This document shows positions 35,936-45,842 of a stretch of DNA of 64,000 nucleotides, piece after piece. The stretch covers positions 70,806-134,805 of the forward strand of contig CAZGWD010000004.1 of the NCBI GenBank assembly GCA_964529415.1. Direction: 5' to 3'. This DNA comes from an uncultured Leptospirales bacterium (GTDB taxonomy: Bacteria; Spirochaetota; UBA4802; UBA5550). The notes under the pieces were generated by a model, which had not been told where the DNA came from, searched no databases, and saw only the letters and a list, made by a program, of their open reading frames with translations. The translations under genes were made by a program, and so were the position numbers. Every line of letters starts with the position of its first letter. Position 1 is the stretch's first letter.

Positions 35936-38242
35936 TCAGTTGACAGAATTATTAACATCGATTTTATTTAAATGCTTGGTAAGCAGAACCTGATTTCCTT
36001 TTCTATTAAACTGAATATCATCAAAAATCTGCTTAACCAGAGATATTCCTCTTCCATGGGAAAGCATTTCTTCATTGGCATCATCAGATCCGCTTTGCAA
36101 AAATAATTTTGCATCAAAACCGTCACCCTCATCTGTTACCTTGTAAACAATTTTTTCTTTATCTATTGAATAGACTATTTCAACTTTACGGTCTCTGAAT
36201 CTCGGGTCGTTCTGCCTTATAGCTACAAATTCGAAGTACTCGTCATTCATCAAAGCATTGGATTTTTCATCAAAGGTTATATTCAGATTGCCGTGTTCAA
36301 TTGCATTAATTATTATTTCACGAAGAGCTATCCGAAGCAGTGTAATCTCCTTTGTTTCCAGGAATTTTATTAAGTTCCTGGTTATACGATGGGTTACCTC
36401 ATCTGCTGTCATCAGATAATTTTCTATATTAAAACGCTGCTTTTCACATTCAAAATATTTTATCAGAACATCTTCATGGGTGTTAGTTGCTTTACCCAAA
36501 ATTTCATTTTTCCCTTCAAGATTAATATACTCAAGCGTCACCTGCATTTCTTTAGGCTCTGATTTTATAAGTGATTTAAAATTAGCCCTGAATATAACTG
36601 GTTTTTTTGTTTTCAGGAAAACATCAAGTTTTTCCTTAACAAGTTTTTTCGATACTGCATCTTCTTCAAGATTTTCATGAATTAAATCCATAAAGCTTCT
36701 GCCTACCAGAGAATCCGGCTTTACATTAAAATGCTTTGTTACAGCATTGTTTACTGTTAAGAAATTAAAGTCATCATCAAGCGAGAAAATTATTTCGTTT
36801 GATCCTTCAATCAGAAAACGGTATTTCTCTTCAGATAGTTTTATTGTTTTATTTGCATTATCCAGGTCATCTAATTTTTTCTGCAGCTCGGTATTCAAGC
36901 CCTCAATGCTCTGATTTTTTTCTGTAATTTCAAACAGGAAGCTGTCTCTTTGTTTATCCTTTTCCTGGAGAGCCTCTATTGCCTCAGCCTGAGCCTGTTT
37001 TTTCTCCTGTTCAATAATATTTATTCTGTCAGCCAGAGCAATGGATAATAAAGTAACCTCCAATGCTGAACCGATCTGTATTGCATATTCGGTAAAAAAA
37101 TTACTAGGCAAAATATTCAGCTTATTAAATGCAATAAGAACCATACCTCCTAAAAAAGCAATCCAGGCTATTAAAAAATATCTTGCGGAACGGTATTTAT
37201 TTTTTATGCAGACAATACCTGTAAATACAATAGTTATTGATGCAACCACCATTAGAATCATTGCAAGGCGTATTGCCATTAGATAACTTCCTAACACTGA
37301 AAAAAGCATTAAAAAAACACCAATCCCCATTATAACTGGTAAAGCTAATTTAAGTTTTACAGCATATTCATTTACATGTAGAAAACTTTTTGAGAAAAGA
37401 GCCATGCATGTAATTGCAAGACCAATTAAAAAAGGCAGGCTGATATTATGCCATGCCGGGAGATACGGCCATAAATATTGAAACGCCATTCCATTATAGG
37501 CCATCTGAACAAGAGCATAAGCCATGATGTATAACACATAAAAAAGATAACTTCTGTCTCTAATTGAAAAAAACAGAATCAGGTTGTAAATCATCATAAC
37601 CAGAATAATTCCATAATAAATCCCCAATCCTAAAGTCTCCATCATAGCCTGTTCTGCAAAAACCGCAGGCTCCCAGAGAGTTAAAGGAAACTCCTTAGAG
37701 CATTCCCCGCTGAAACGCATGTAAACTATCTGTTCTGCATCTGCTTCAACCGGAATTTTAAATATGAAATTTTTATAATCGAGTTCCCTGTTTTTATAGA
37801 TAGATTGATCCCCGGTTTTACGCATGAAATATTTTCCGGATTTATCCGGAGTGTACAGTTCAAAATTATTCATGTGAGGATAGGCAAGCTCAAGAAACCA
37901 TGTAGAATCTCTTTTCATTTCATTTTTTAAACGGAAACGCACCCAGAAAGAACTGTTTGAAAAACCGTATTGAGGTAAATCTTTTTGGCTTGGGATAAAA
38001 TTATTTGAAATTTCTGAAGTTAATACATCTTTTAATTCGAGTATATTTTTTTTATCTTCAAGTATTTCAAGGTAGGGCCCGAGAGAGTACTTGTTTTTAT
38101 GAGAAGTCAAGACAAGCAGCCTGATATTTTCTGAATTCAACTTTTTTTTATTTTTCGCCTTATCTGCAATACTGAATCCCTGCATTGAAAAAATTACAGA
38201 AACCATTATAATCGAAAGCAGAAAAATAAAACATTTTTTCAT
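35936..38242 (-). CDS. 7TMR-DISM receptor (DISMED2 + 7TM) - coiled coil - PAS - RsbW/SpoIIAB-type HATPase serine kinase domain
   Basis: Signal peptide. Extracellular DISMED2-like domain (FWVRFRLKNE...WFLELAYP) and 7 hydrophobic helices. PAS-like segment. C-terminal REIIINAIEHGN...DEGDGFD...GRGISLV. Confidence 0.8.
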   Translation of the reverse strand: MKKCFIFLLSIIMVSVIFSMQGFSIADKAKNKKKLNSENIRLLVLTSHKNKYSLGPYLEILEDKKNILELKDVLTSEISNNFIPSQKDLPQYGFSNSSFWVRFRLKNEMKRDSTWFLELAYPHMNNFELYTPDKSGKYFMRKTGDQSIYKNRELDYKNFIFKIPVEADAEQIVYMRFSGECSKEFPLTLWEPAVFAEQAMMETLGLGIYYGIILVMMIYNLILFFSIRDRSYLFYVLYIMAYALVQMAYNGMAFQYLWPYLPAWHNISLPFLIGLAITCMALFSKSFLHVNEYAVKLKLALPVIMGIGVFLMLFSVLGSYLMAIRLAMILMVVASITIVFTGIVCIKNKYRSARYFLIAWIAFLGGMVLIAFNKLNILPSNFFTEYAIQIGSALEVTLLSIALADRINIIEQEKKQAQAEAIEALQEKDKQRDSFLFEITEKNQSIEGLNTELQKKLDDLDNANKTIKLSEEKYRFLIEGSNEIIFSLDDDFNFLTVNNAVTKHFNVKPDSLVGRSFMDLIHENLEEDAVSKKLVKEKLDVFLKTKKPVIFRANFKSLIKSEPKEMQVTLEYINLEGKNEILGKATNTHEDVLIKYFECEKQRFNIENYLMTADEVTHRITRNLIKFLETKEITLLRIALREIIINAIEHGNLNITFDEKSNALMNDEYFEFVAIRQNDPRFRDRKVEIVYSIDKEKIVYKVTDEGDGFDAKLFLQSGSDDANEEMLSHGRGISLVKQIFDDIQFNRKGNQVLLTKHLNKIDVNNSVN

Positions 38243-38400
38243 TTAGGTTAGAATTCCTTCAATCTTATATCATTGAATTCAATAAATATATTCAAAAACG
38301 CTTTGTTATGGTATTATCACATGTTGATTTTGTCAAGGAATCTATTCAAATAATAAATTCCATTTTATGAAATAATTCCAATTTATTTTTGGGAAGCTTT

Positions 38401-38429
38401 AAAAAATCCCTCCCCCTTGATGGGGGAGG
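38401..38429 (-). terminator. Rho-independent terminator after the Tudor-like gene
   Basis: On the minus strand: CCTCCCCC-atcaa-GGGGGAGG followed by GATTTTTT. Confidence 0.8.
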
Positions 38430-38501
38430 CCGGGCCGGGGTGATACAATTTCGGATACAATCAAGAGTTGTTTTCTTTAAACAAACAAAATTTAATTCAA
38501 C

Positions 38502-38903
38502 TTATTTAAAAAGTCTTATCTTATCAATTGTCACTATGCCCTTATCACCATCATCAAAATTTATTGAATAATTATCGCCGTCAATTTTTGCGACTTTTCC
38601 AGGATAAAATTTTCCATCACTCCATTGAGCAAGAACTTTTGATCCAGTTTTTACATCTGCTGCACCCGGAACAACATCTGCAACAATTTCTTTTTCACTA
38701 CAGCACTTCACATCGCCGTCATCAAAATTAATAGTAAATCCCTTTTCACATTCAGCGCCTATTTTACCATGATACCATCCGTTTTTCACCCATTCTGCAT
38801 AGACAACAGTACCTGCTGAATATTTTGACTGTGCAGATGCAATTCCTGTATATACAGCTACAGACATGAACAATAATAGAACTGAAATTAATCCTGTTTT
38901 CAT
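38502..38903 (-). CDS. secreted protein with two Tudor/Agenet-like repeats
   Basis: Signal peptide MKTGLISVLLLFMSVAVYTGIASA. Two ~50-aa repeats share G.V.A.W..G..Y.GK......(F/Y).INFDDGD. GGAGG lies 6 nt before the ATG at 38903. A strong terminator lies downstream. Confidence 0.55.
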   Translation of the reverse strand: MKTGLISVLLLFMSVAVYTGIASAQSKYSAGTVVYAEWVKNGWYHGKIGAECEKGFTINFDDGDVKCCSEKEIVADVVPGAADVKTGSKVLAQWSDGKFYPGKVAKIDGDNYSINFDDGDKGIVTIDKIRLFK

Positions 38904-39212
38904 TAGAACCTCCATTAAATTTTAATAACTTATTGTGTAAATATACGCACATATAATTTGTAAATCAAGAGAATTCCTTTTCATTTAAAAATATAAACGC
39001 GCACTTTAAAAGAGCAATAAATATTTTTTTCAATAATTGAAGCTTATTAAAAAACAGAATTTGTTAAACAAAAATACCGATAATATAATATAGAAATACA
39101 AGACAATAAAAAATTATAGTCCTATTTTACTGTTTTTTTATAGACAAATATTTTTCATTATTATATAAACAGGCTATATTTTATATACCAATTACCCTAA
39201 GAGGCTCTACGA

Positions 39213-41888
39213 ATGAATATTTTTTATCTTAACTCATTCTCTATTGGTTCATTGATCGGAATGATTTTTTTCTTTTTAATGGCTTACTTCTTCCTTTCGG
39301 TTAAGAATAAATCAAAAGCGTCATTTCATATGGGCATGGCCTTCTTAATTATGGGATTATTCAATGTTGGATATTTTATTTCAGCAAGTTTTTACCATCC
39401 CGCTGCAGCCTTTCACAGATGGCTGACAGTATTAACAATTCTTCTTTCAGAAACACATTATGTGATGTTTTTATTCAATTTTCCTGAAGAGAAATTTAAA
39501 CGAACTGCAAAAATATTTCTAATTACATTTTATACAGTTGCGATAGCTGCAACTGCGAGTTTCAGCATAATATCTTTAAAATCAAACATTGTATATCAAT
39601 ATCTTGGACATTATTATGATTTTAATGCAGAAGGAATCAGCAAAATAATTTCATTTGTAATTATTGCAATTATCATAATAACAATAATACTGGCAATAAT
39701 CAGGGCTATAACTGCAAAAGGCCGTGAAAAAAAGGTTCTGCTGCTTTTTGCAGTCAGCTTTCTTTTTGCAACAATTGTACCGGCGTTATTGAATACCTTG
39801 AGCAGGGACGGCTCAGTAAGCAGAGATGTATTTCAAAATTCATGGGTCTTTTTCAATGTTTTAGGATTCTTTCTGATTTCAATGATTTATATAAATAACA
39901 CAAAAGAAAAGATTTCCTTTATAGGCAAGCTTATAGGCGTTTCACTGGTAACACTGCTTGTAATGCTGCAGTTTTTCAGCTACTCTTCAATTCAGGAAAA
40001 AGAACAGGATTTCGATCAGATTTACCGGAACAAAGTTGCACTTTCCCTGCTCGAGGGCGGATCCAAGTCAGATGTTAAATTTATAATATCATATAATCCT
40101 GAAACCAGGAATTTTGAAACTCTTTCAGGAAATGGCGATGTTGACAATAAAAAATATGAACAGGAATACATTAACACAATAACTTTAGAACGTCTGATCA
40201 ATCTCGGTCCAGATAAAATAATCAATGCGTTAAAAGCTGAATCATTTAAAAAACCTGTGTATATATCCGGATACTTCAAGGCAATTGCGTCGTATCTTGA
40301 ATCCAATTCGCATTTAATTGATGAGAACAATTTACGAACATCTGTAATATCATTTGTAGAAGAATTCAATAAAACTATTTTTTTAAATTATAATAAAATC
40401 CGTCAGATTCCGGATAACAACTTCAGAAAAGGACTTGAATTATATCTGACAAAAACTGATATAAAATTCATTCACTTCAAGGAGATCCTGCTGCAGCATC
40501 TGGAAAAATCCAAACTGGAAGAAGCGGACTTAAAATCTGAAATTATAAAATATTTAACCCCGATGCATCCTGCAGGGACACGCGTCTACAGAACGTCACA
40601 GGATGGGATAAATCATTATATTGCATACATGCAGCTGGACCCATCAGGTGACAGGATATATGAAACAGTATACTCATATACCGACTACAGAGCTTTCATG
40701 CATCCGGCAGTTTTAAAAATAGTACTTTTACTTATTGTATTTATTGTTGTTATCCGATTCGGTTTTCAGTTTATTTTTTCCGGAATTCTTGTTGCCCCTC
40801 TGAAAGAACTTTCAAATGGAGTCAGGGAAGTCAACCGGGGAAATTTTGAAATCGTCATCCCCACAAAGGTTGAAGACGAAATCGGTTACGTAACCCGTTC
40901 TTTCAACAACATGGTTCTGTCATTAAAAAAAATGATCAATACAGTATCCCAGAATTCAACTGAAGTAAGGATGATAAGCACTGATCTGCATGAATCCTCA
41001 GCAAAGATGTCAGATGTTGCAAGAGAGCTTACAGCGATTGTTGAGCAGACAGCGGCCGCATACGAAGAGATGTCATCGTCTTTTGAATCAAACCTCAGCA
41101 AGATAAAAGATCAGATAGGAACCCTTGACTATCTGAAAAATGATATTGTTAAAATCAATACCAATAGCGATGAATTAAGCAAAAAAATCATGAAACTCAC
41201 AGAGAGCATCAATGATGCCGTGCGCAAGGTTGAAAAAGGCGAAGAGACCATGAAGCGCACAGTCAGCACAATTCAGGATATGGCCCAGTATCTTAAAGAT
41301 ATTGAAGAAACAATAAATTCCATCAATGAAGTTGCAGATAAAATAAATCTCCTTGCTCTAAATGCCGCAATTGAAGCAGCGAGAGCCGGTGATGCAGGAA
41401 GAGGTTTTTCTGTTGTAGCGGATGAAATTAATAAGCTCGCTGATTTAACAGCTGAACTTGTTAAAGGAATCCAGAATACAATAGGCGCACACATGGGAAG
41501 AATGACACAGGAGCTTTCAATGATCAGCAGCACGTCTGATATTTTCTCGGAGGTACGCACCCAGATTCTTGAAACAAAAGAGGTTTTGTCAGGCACAATA
41601 GATTTTACAACCAACCTCATTGGAATGAATACCGACATTCAAAAAGAAATAAATTCACTGAGCGATACATCCAACAACATTTACAGTTTTTCACTTGAGC
41701 AGAAAAATGTAATAGATGAACTGACAATTGCCATAAACAGCATCAACAGTATTTCTCAAACTGCTCTTGAAAATGCAGATATGGTAAAAGGTTATTCATC
41801 CATAATTGACATGAGTGCAAAAGATCTTTCCAGAAACATTGATTCGTTCAAGAAGCTCGATGAAGAAGATATGGACGAAAAACATTAA
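39213..41888 (+). CDS. methyl-accepting chemotaxis protein with N-terminal multi-pass (about 7 TM) membrane sensor, large middle domain and HAMP
   Basis: aa 1-260 are polytopic. HAMP segment ([17 protein letters not shown]...[13 protein letters not shown]). Signalling hairpin [32 protein letters not shown]. Confidence 0.9.
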   Translation: MNIFYLNSFSIGSLIGMIFFFLMAYFFLSVKNKSKASFHMGMAFLIMGLFNVGYFISASFYHPAAAFHRWLTVLTILLSETHYVMFLFNFPEEKFKRTAKIFLITFYTVAIAATASFSIISLKSNIVYQYLGHYYDFNAEGISKIISFVIIAIIIITIILAIIRAITAKGREKKVLLLFAVSFLFATIVPALLNTLSRDGSVSRDVFQNSWVFFNVLGFFLISMIYINNTKEKISFIGKLIGVSLVTLLVMLQFFSYSSIQEKEQDFDQIYRNKVALSLLEGGSKSDVKFIISYNPETRNFETLSGNGDVDNKKYEQEYINTITLERLINLGPDKIINALKAESFKKPVYISGYFKAIASYLESNSHLIDENNLRTSVISFVEEFNKTIFLNYNKIRQIPDNNFRKGLELYLTKTDIKFIHFKEILLQHLEKSKLEEADLKSEIIKYLTPMHPAGTRVYRTSQDGINHYIAYMQLDPSGDRIYETVYSYTDYRAFMHPAVLKIVLLLIVFIVVIRFGFQFIFSGILVAPLKELSNGVREVNRGNFEIVIPTKVEDEIGYVTRSFNNMVLSLKKMINTVSQNSTEVRMISTDLHESSAKMSDVARELTAIVEQTAAAYEEMSSSFESNLSKIKDQIGTLDYLKNDIVKINTNSDELSKKIMKLTESINDAVRKVEKGEETMKRTVSTIQDMAQYLKDIEETINSINEVADKINLLALNAAIEAARAGDAGRGFSVVADEINKLADLTAELVKGIQNTIGAHMGRMTQELSMISSTSDIFSEVRTQILETKEVLSGTIDFTTNLIGMNTDIQKEINSLSDTSNNIYSFSLEQKNVIDELTIAINSINSISQTALENADMVKGYSSIIDMSAKDLSRNIDSFKKLDEEDMDEKH

Positions 41889-41923
41889 TAATTTTTAAAA
41901 TCAAATTTGAAATTATAGTAATA

Positions 41924-41961
41924 TAAAAAAACCTCACCATTTTTAATGATGAGGTTTTTTC
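41924..41961. terminator. bidirectional terminator (MCP 39213..41888 / acyl-CoA ligase)
   Basis: A-run, 12-bp stem AACCTCACCATT/AATGATGAGGTT with one mismatch, then T-run. Confidence 0.75.
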
Positions 41962-41983
41962 GTTATTCCAGTGCTGTTAAAAT

Positions 41984-43774
41984 CTATCTTGAGTATAATG
42001 CTTCAATCTGATCCTTGAATTTATCAAATACAACACGTCTCTTGAGCTTCATAGTTTGTGTCAATGTCCCATTTTCAAGAGTAAAAGGTTCGTGAGTAAA
42101 AATGAATTTTTTTGGTATCTCGTATCCTGCATATTTGCTTTTTAGAGTATTGTTTATCTCATCAGTCAGAAATGCTTTTACTTCATCCTTTTTGATAAGA
42201 TCAGCAGGATTACCGGATATATTGTTTTTCTCTGCCCATTTTCCAAGAACAAGGAAATCAGGAACTACTATACATATATTGGACTCTCTGCCCTCTCCGT
42301 AAATCATTGCATTTTCAATATATGTATTAAGCTTCATATCTTCTTCTATAGCAGCAGGGAATACATATTTTCCGTTTTCAAGCTTGAACTGTTCTTTTAG
42401 CCGTCCTGTTATATGCAGGAATCCATCTTCATCAAGACGTCCGCGGTCGCCTGTTCTGAAACCGCCGTCAGGAGTCATTACTGCTTTTGTTGCATCCGGC
42501 TTGTTGAAATAACCCTGCATTACATTAGGTCCGTAAATAATAATCTCACCGTCTTTTGCACCTGGATCAACAACCGACTGATCAATAACTATTTTAATTT
42601 TGTTCATTGCAGAACCTACAGTACCAATCTTAAACTTTTTCGGGTGATTCATAGTAGCCCCTGGCGATGTTTCTGTCAAACCGTATGCATCATAAAGAGG
42701 AATACCCAAATCCCAGAAGAAGTAGGATATTTCAGCATTCATCATAGCACTTCCAGTCATTGAGTATTTTAATTTGCCGCCGAGTTTAGCGCGGATTTTT
42801 TTAAATACAATAGCATCTGCAATTTTAAATTTAAGGTTAGTGCCGAAACTGGACTTGCCCTCTGCAGCAAGTGCGCGTCTTTTTTTACCGCTCTCAACTC
42901 CCATAACAAACAGCTTTTTAGCCAGACCGCCTTCGTCATTCATCTTAGCCCATAAACCGTCGTAAACCCTGTTAAAAACTCTTGGAACCGCAACAAGAAA
43001 TGTCGGCTTAACAAGACCCAAATCTCCAGCAATGGTGGTTGCGTTTTCTGCAAGCCCTATTGATCCGCCAAGCTTACAGAATATAACAAGTTCAGCGAGT
43101 CCGAATACATGCGCCCATGGAAGAATTGAAAGTGAGCTGTCGTTTTCATTTAATTCGTTAAAAGCAACAATTCCTGCGTGCGAATTGCTCGTAATGTTAC
43201 CCTGTGACAGCAGAACGCCTTTTGGATCGCCTGTTGTTCCTGATGTATAGATAAGAATGCATATAGAAGAATGATCAGGATAAATACTTTTTACTTTCTG
43301 AGCAGATCCTTTTTTTTCAAGATCTGTTAGAGTATCAGGTCCATCACCTTCCATTACAATAATTTTCTCAAGCGTTGAAATTGAAGCAAGGATATCTTTA
43401 ATTTTTTCATATATTTCTTTCTTACTAATAAAAAGAACTTTAACTTTTGAATCATTGATAATGTATTTCCAGACCTGTACAAGTTCAGCCTCATACATTG
43501 GCACAAATCTTGCATCCAGACCGTTGGTTGCAAAAAAGCATGCTGCCCATTCAGTACTATTATTGCAGATAATTCCAACAGCGTCATCTTTCTTGATTCC
43601 AAGCTGGCTTAGTCCGCTTCGGATATTATCAACGCGTTTTCCAAAATCTTCATAAGAAATCCATTCATATTCCTTATTTTTATTTTTAGCACCAAGATAC
43701 GGCCTTTTGGGGAATTTAGAAACACTCTGTTCCAATATCTCCACGATATTATCTGGTTTTTCAAGCTGATACAT
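41984..43774 (-). CDS. long-chain-fatty-acid--CoA ligase (AMP-forming)
   Basis: AMP-binding motifs LIYTSGTTGDPKGV, YGLTETS, TGDRGRLDEDGFLHITGR and C-terminal TQTMKLKRR. GGAGG lies 5 nt before the ATG at 43774. Confidence 0.85.
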   Translation of the reverse strand: MYQLEKPDNIVEILEQSVSKFPKRPYLGAKNKNKEYEWISYEDFGKRVDNIRSGLSQLGIKKDDAVGIICNNSTEWAACFFATNGLDARFVPMYEAELVQVWKYIINDSKVKVLFISKKEIYEKIKDILASISTLEKIIVMEGDGPDTLTDLEKKGSAQKVKSIYPDHSSICILIYTSGTTGDPKGVLLSQGNITSNSHAGIVAFNELNENDSSLSILPWAHVFGLAELVIFCKLGGSIGLAENATTIAGDLGLVKPTFLVAVPRVFNRVYDGLWAKMNDEGGLAKKLFVMGVESGKKRRALAAEGKSSFGTNLKFKIADAIVFKKIRAKLGGKLKYSMTGSAMMNAEISYFFWDLGIPLYDAYGLTETSPGATMNHPKKFKIGTVGSAMNKIKIVIDQSVVDPGAKDGEIIIYGPNVMQGYFNKPDATKAVMTPDGGFRTGDRGRLDEDGFLHITGRLKEQFKLENGKYVFPAAIEEDMKLNTYIENAMIYGEGRESNICIVVPDFLVLGKWAEKNNISGNPADLIKKDEVKAFLTDEINNTLKSKYAGYEIPKKFIFTHEPFTLENGTLTQTMKLKRRVVFDKFKDQIEALYSR

Positions 43775-43905
43775 GCCAACCTCCATTAGTTTGTCTTTTT
43801 TTTTGTTATTTATTTATTTTTTTAATGAACAAAATCCGAGTTTAGTTAATTTACAAATATCCATATTAATAAATCAACTCTTTTTAAGTTGTATTAAAAA
43901 ATTTC

Positions 43906-45780
43906 TTAAAGATAAAAATCATAACGGAATTGGTCTCCGTTATTTATAACACGAGGCGTAATCTTTGCTTTCTCAAAAACAGATATCATTTTGTCATTCT
44001 GTGCAAGCACGTAAGCGCTAATCCGCTCCAGCCCTCTTTCTTTTGCAATCTCAAGAAGATGCTCCAGCATGAAAGTAGCAATTCCTATACCCTGGAAATC
44101 CTCATCAACAATAAATGCCGCTTCATAGATATTTTCATCTTCATAAAAAGAATATCTGCATTCTGCTATTATCCTTTCAATTCCTCTTTCCTGAACAATG
44201 CCCACCATTGAAAGATTCTGCCTGTAGTCAATGTTGACATATCTCTGCATTTCTTTATGCGACATTGTCCGGATTGCTGAAAAATACCGGAGATATTTTG
44301 CTTCATCTGAAAACTGGTAAAACAGTCTGCGCATCTTATCTTCATCTGAAGGTTTAATAGGCCTGAATTTAACGAGAACATTTTTCTTAAAAGAGACATT
44401 CTTTTCCAGCGAATACGGATAATGAAGAGCATTTTCAATATTGTAAATCTGATCGGAAAACACCAGACCGTTTTTCTTAGCTTCATCAAATAATTTCTGC
44501 CTGTGATCCGGATGAGCGATTTCAAGCATTGCAAGCACCCTTTCACGTATAGGCTTTCCGAAAATATTTGCAATGCCGAACTCAGTAACAACATAACGTA
44601 TTGTGCCGAGGGTGCATCGCTGCCTTACAGAAGAAATTGTGTGGTTGATAACTATGTTGCTGTTACCATGCCTGTCCTGCGACCTCAGTCCGACAATAAC
44701 TTTCCCATCCCTTGAATGAGTAGCAGCAAGCGCAATATTCATCTTGCTGTCGAATCCCGTAATCTGAAGATCTTTGCTTGATAAAACCACAGAGTCGCCT
44801 GTAATATCGATCTTATTAATATTCAGAATGCAAACAAGTTTTTTTATTCTCTGCATTGCCTGCTGATGAGTGGTGTTAAATAAAGGGAGCATTGTTATGA
44901 TACGATTTTTATTAATATAAGTATAAAGATTTTTTGTTCCAATGCAGGCAGTTGCTGCAATGGGAATCTCCCTTCTGAAGAAATTAGGCTTTCTGATTGC
45001 ACCTGATTCAATTAAACCGATAATCCAGTCTGAAACTATATGAGTCCAGACCTTGAGTCGCTTTTTATCATATAGATGGTTTGCAACAGAATCAAACAAA
45101 CCTCCCATATTCAAAGCAACCGTAGACCCGTTTTCAATAAGAGACGAAACATATCCGCCGATTTTATCAATCGTTTCATCATATTTTGAAATCTTGAACT
45201 CAAGCAGCTCTTCATTGCTCTCAATCACATAATCAAACTGATCAAGATGAATGCTTGTATCACCGTAGGTAAAAGGCACATTCGGGTTAACCTCTGCAAT
45301 AGCAATGGAAGCTTTTTGTATGGCGATTCTGTTTATATCATTGACAGTTCCGAGATTTAAATTTCCAAATTTATCCGGAAGTGAAGTTTGAATTATAGCA
45401 AGATCAATTTCTATTGCACCGGATAAAAAAAGATACGGAAGCTCCGCCATTGTTGTGGGGATGATGTCAAGCAGACCATCCTGAACAGCCATGTTTTTTA
45501 TCTCACCGATGCTGAATGTCTTAAACCTGAATTTCGGCTGTTTCCCTGAAATAAAAAATTCAAACTCTGTCGGTGTGGTAAGCTGTATAATATCAAGATC
45601 CTGAAGATTTGCATGAAGAGTGCCTGATATATATTTAATAGAATGAACAGGAGTAGCCTGACCGCTGCTTATAAAAATTCTGAAACCAGGTTTAATAATT
45701 TCACTCAGTTTCTCAACATTAATGATTTTATTCCTGTATTTTTTTTTATTAAAAAGAGATAAAGGATTAAACTTTTTCAT
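43906..45780 (-). CDS. acetyl-CoA hydrolase/transferase-like domain fused to Pat-type GNAT acetyltransferase
   Basis: The N-terminal ~430 aa resemble the acetyl-CoA hydrolase/transferase family. The C-terminal ~160 aa match the Pat-type GNAT pattern (RPIKPSDEDKMRRLFYQFSDEAKYLRYF...DYRQNLSMVGIV...FQGIGIATFMLEHLL). An alternative TTG start exists at 45792. Confidence 0.75.
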   Translation of the reverse strand: MKKFNPLSLFNKKKYRNKIINVEKLSEIIKPGFRIFISSGQATPVHSIKYISGTLHANLQDLDIIQLTTPTEFEFFISGKQPKFRFKTFSIGEIKNMAVQDGLLDIIPTTMAELPYLFLSGAIEIDLAIIQTSLPDKFGNLNLGTVNDINRIAIQKASIAIAEVNPNVPFTYGDTSIHLDQFDYVIESNEELLEFKISKYDETIDKIGGYVSSLIENGSTVALNMGGLFDSVANHLYDKKRLKVWTHIVSDWIIGLIESGAIRKPNFFRREIPIAATACIGTKNLYTYINKNRIITMLPLFNTTHQQAMQRIKKLVCILNINKIDITGDSVVLSSKDLQITGFDSKMNIALAATHSRDGKVIVGLRSQDRHGNSNIVINHTISSVRQRCTLGTIRYVVTEFGIANIFGKPIRERVLAMLEIAHPDHRQKLFDEAKKNGLVFSDQIYNIENALHYPYSLEKNVSFKKNVLVKFRPIKPSDEDKMRRLFYQFSDEAKYLRYFSAIRTMSHKEMQRYVNIDYRQNLSMVGIVQERGIERIIAECRYSFYEDENIYEAAFIVDEDFQGIGIATFMLEHLLEIAKERGLERISAYVLAQNDKMISVFEKAKITPRVINNGDQFRYDFYL

Positions 45781-45842
45781 ATGTAATTTCAATAATATAT
45801 ATAAAAAATTTACAATCCTTTTTTTATTTTAAAAAACATTTC

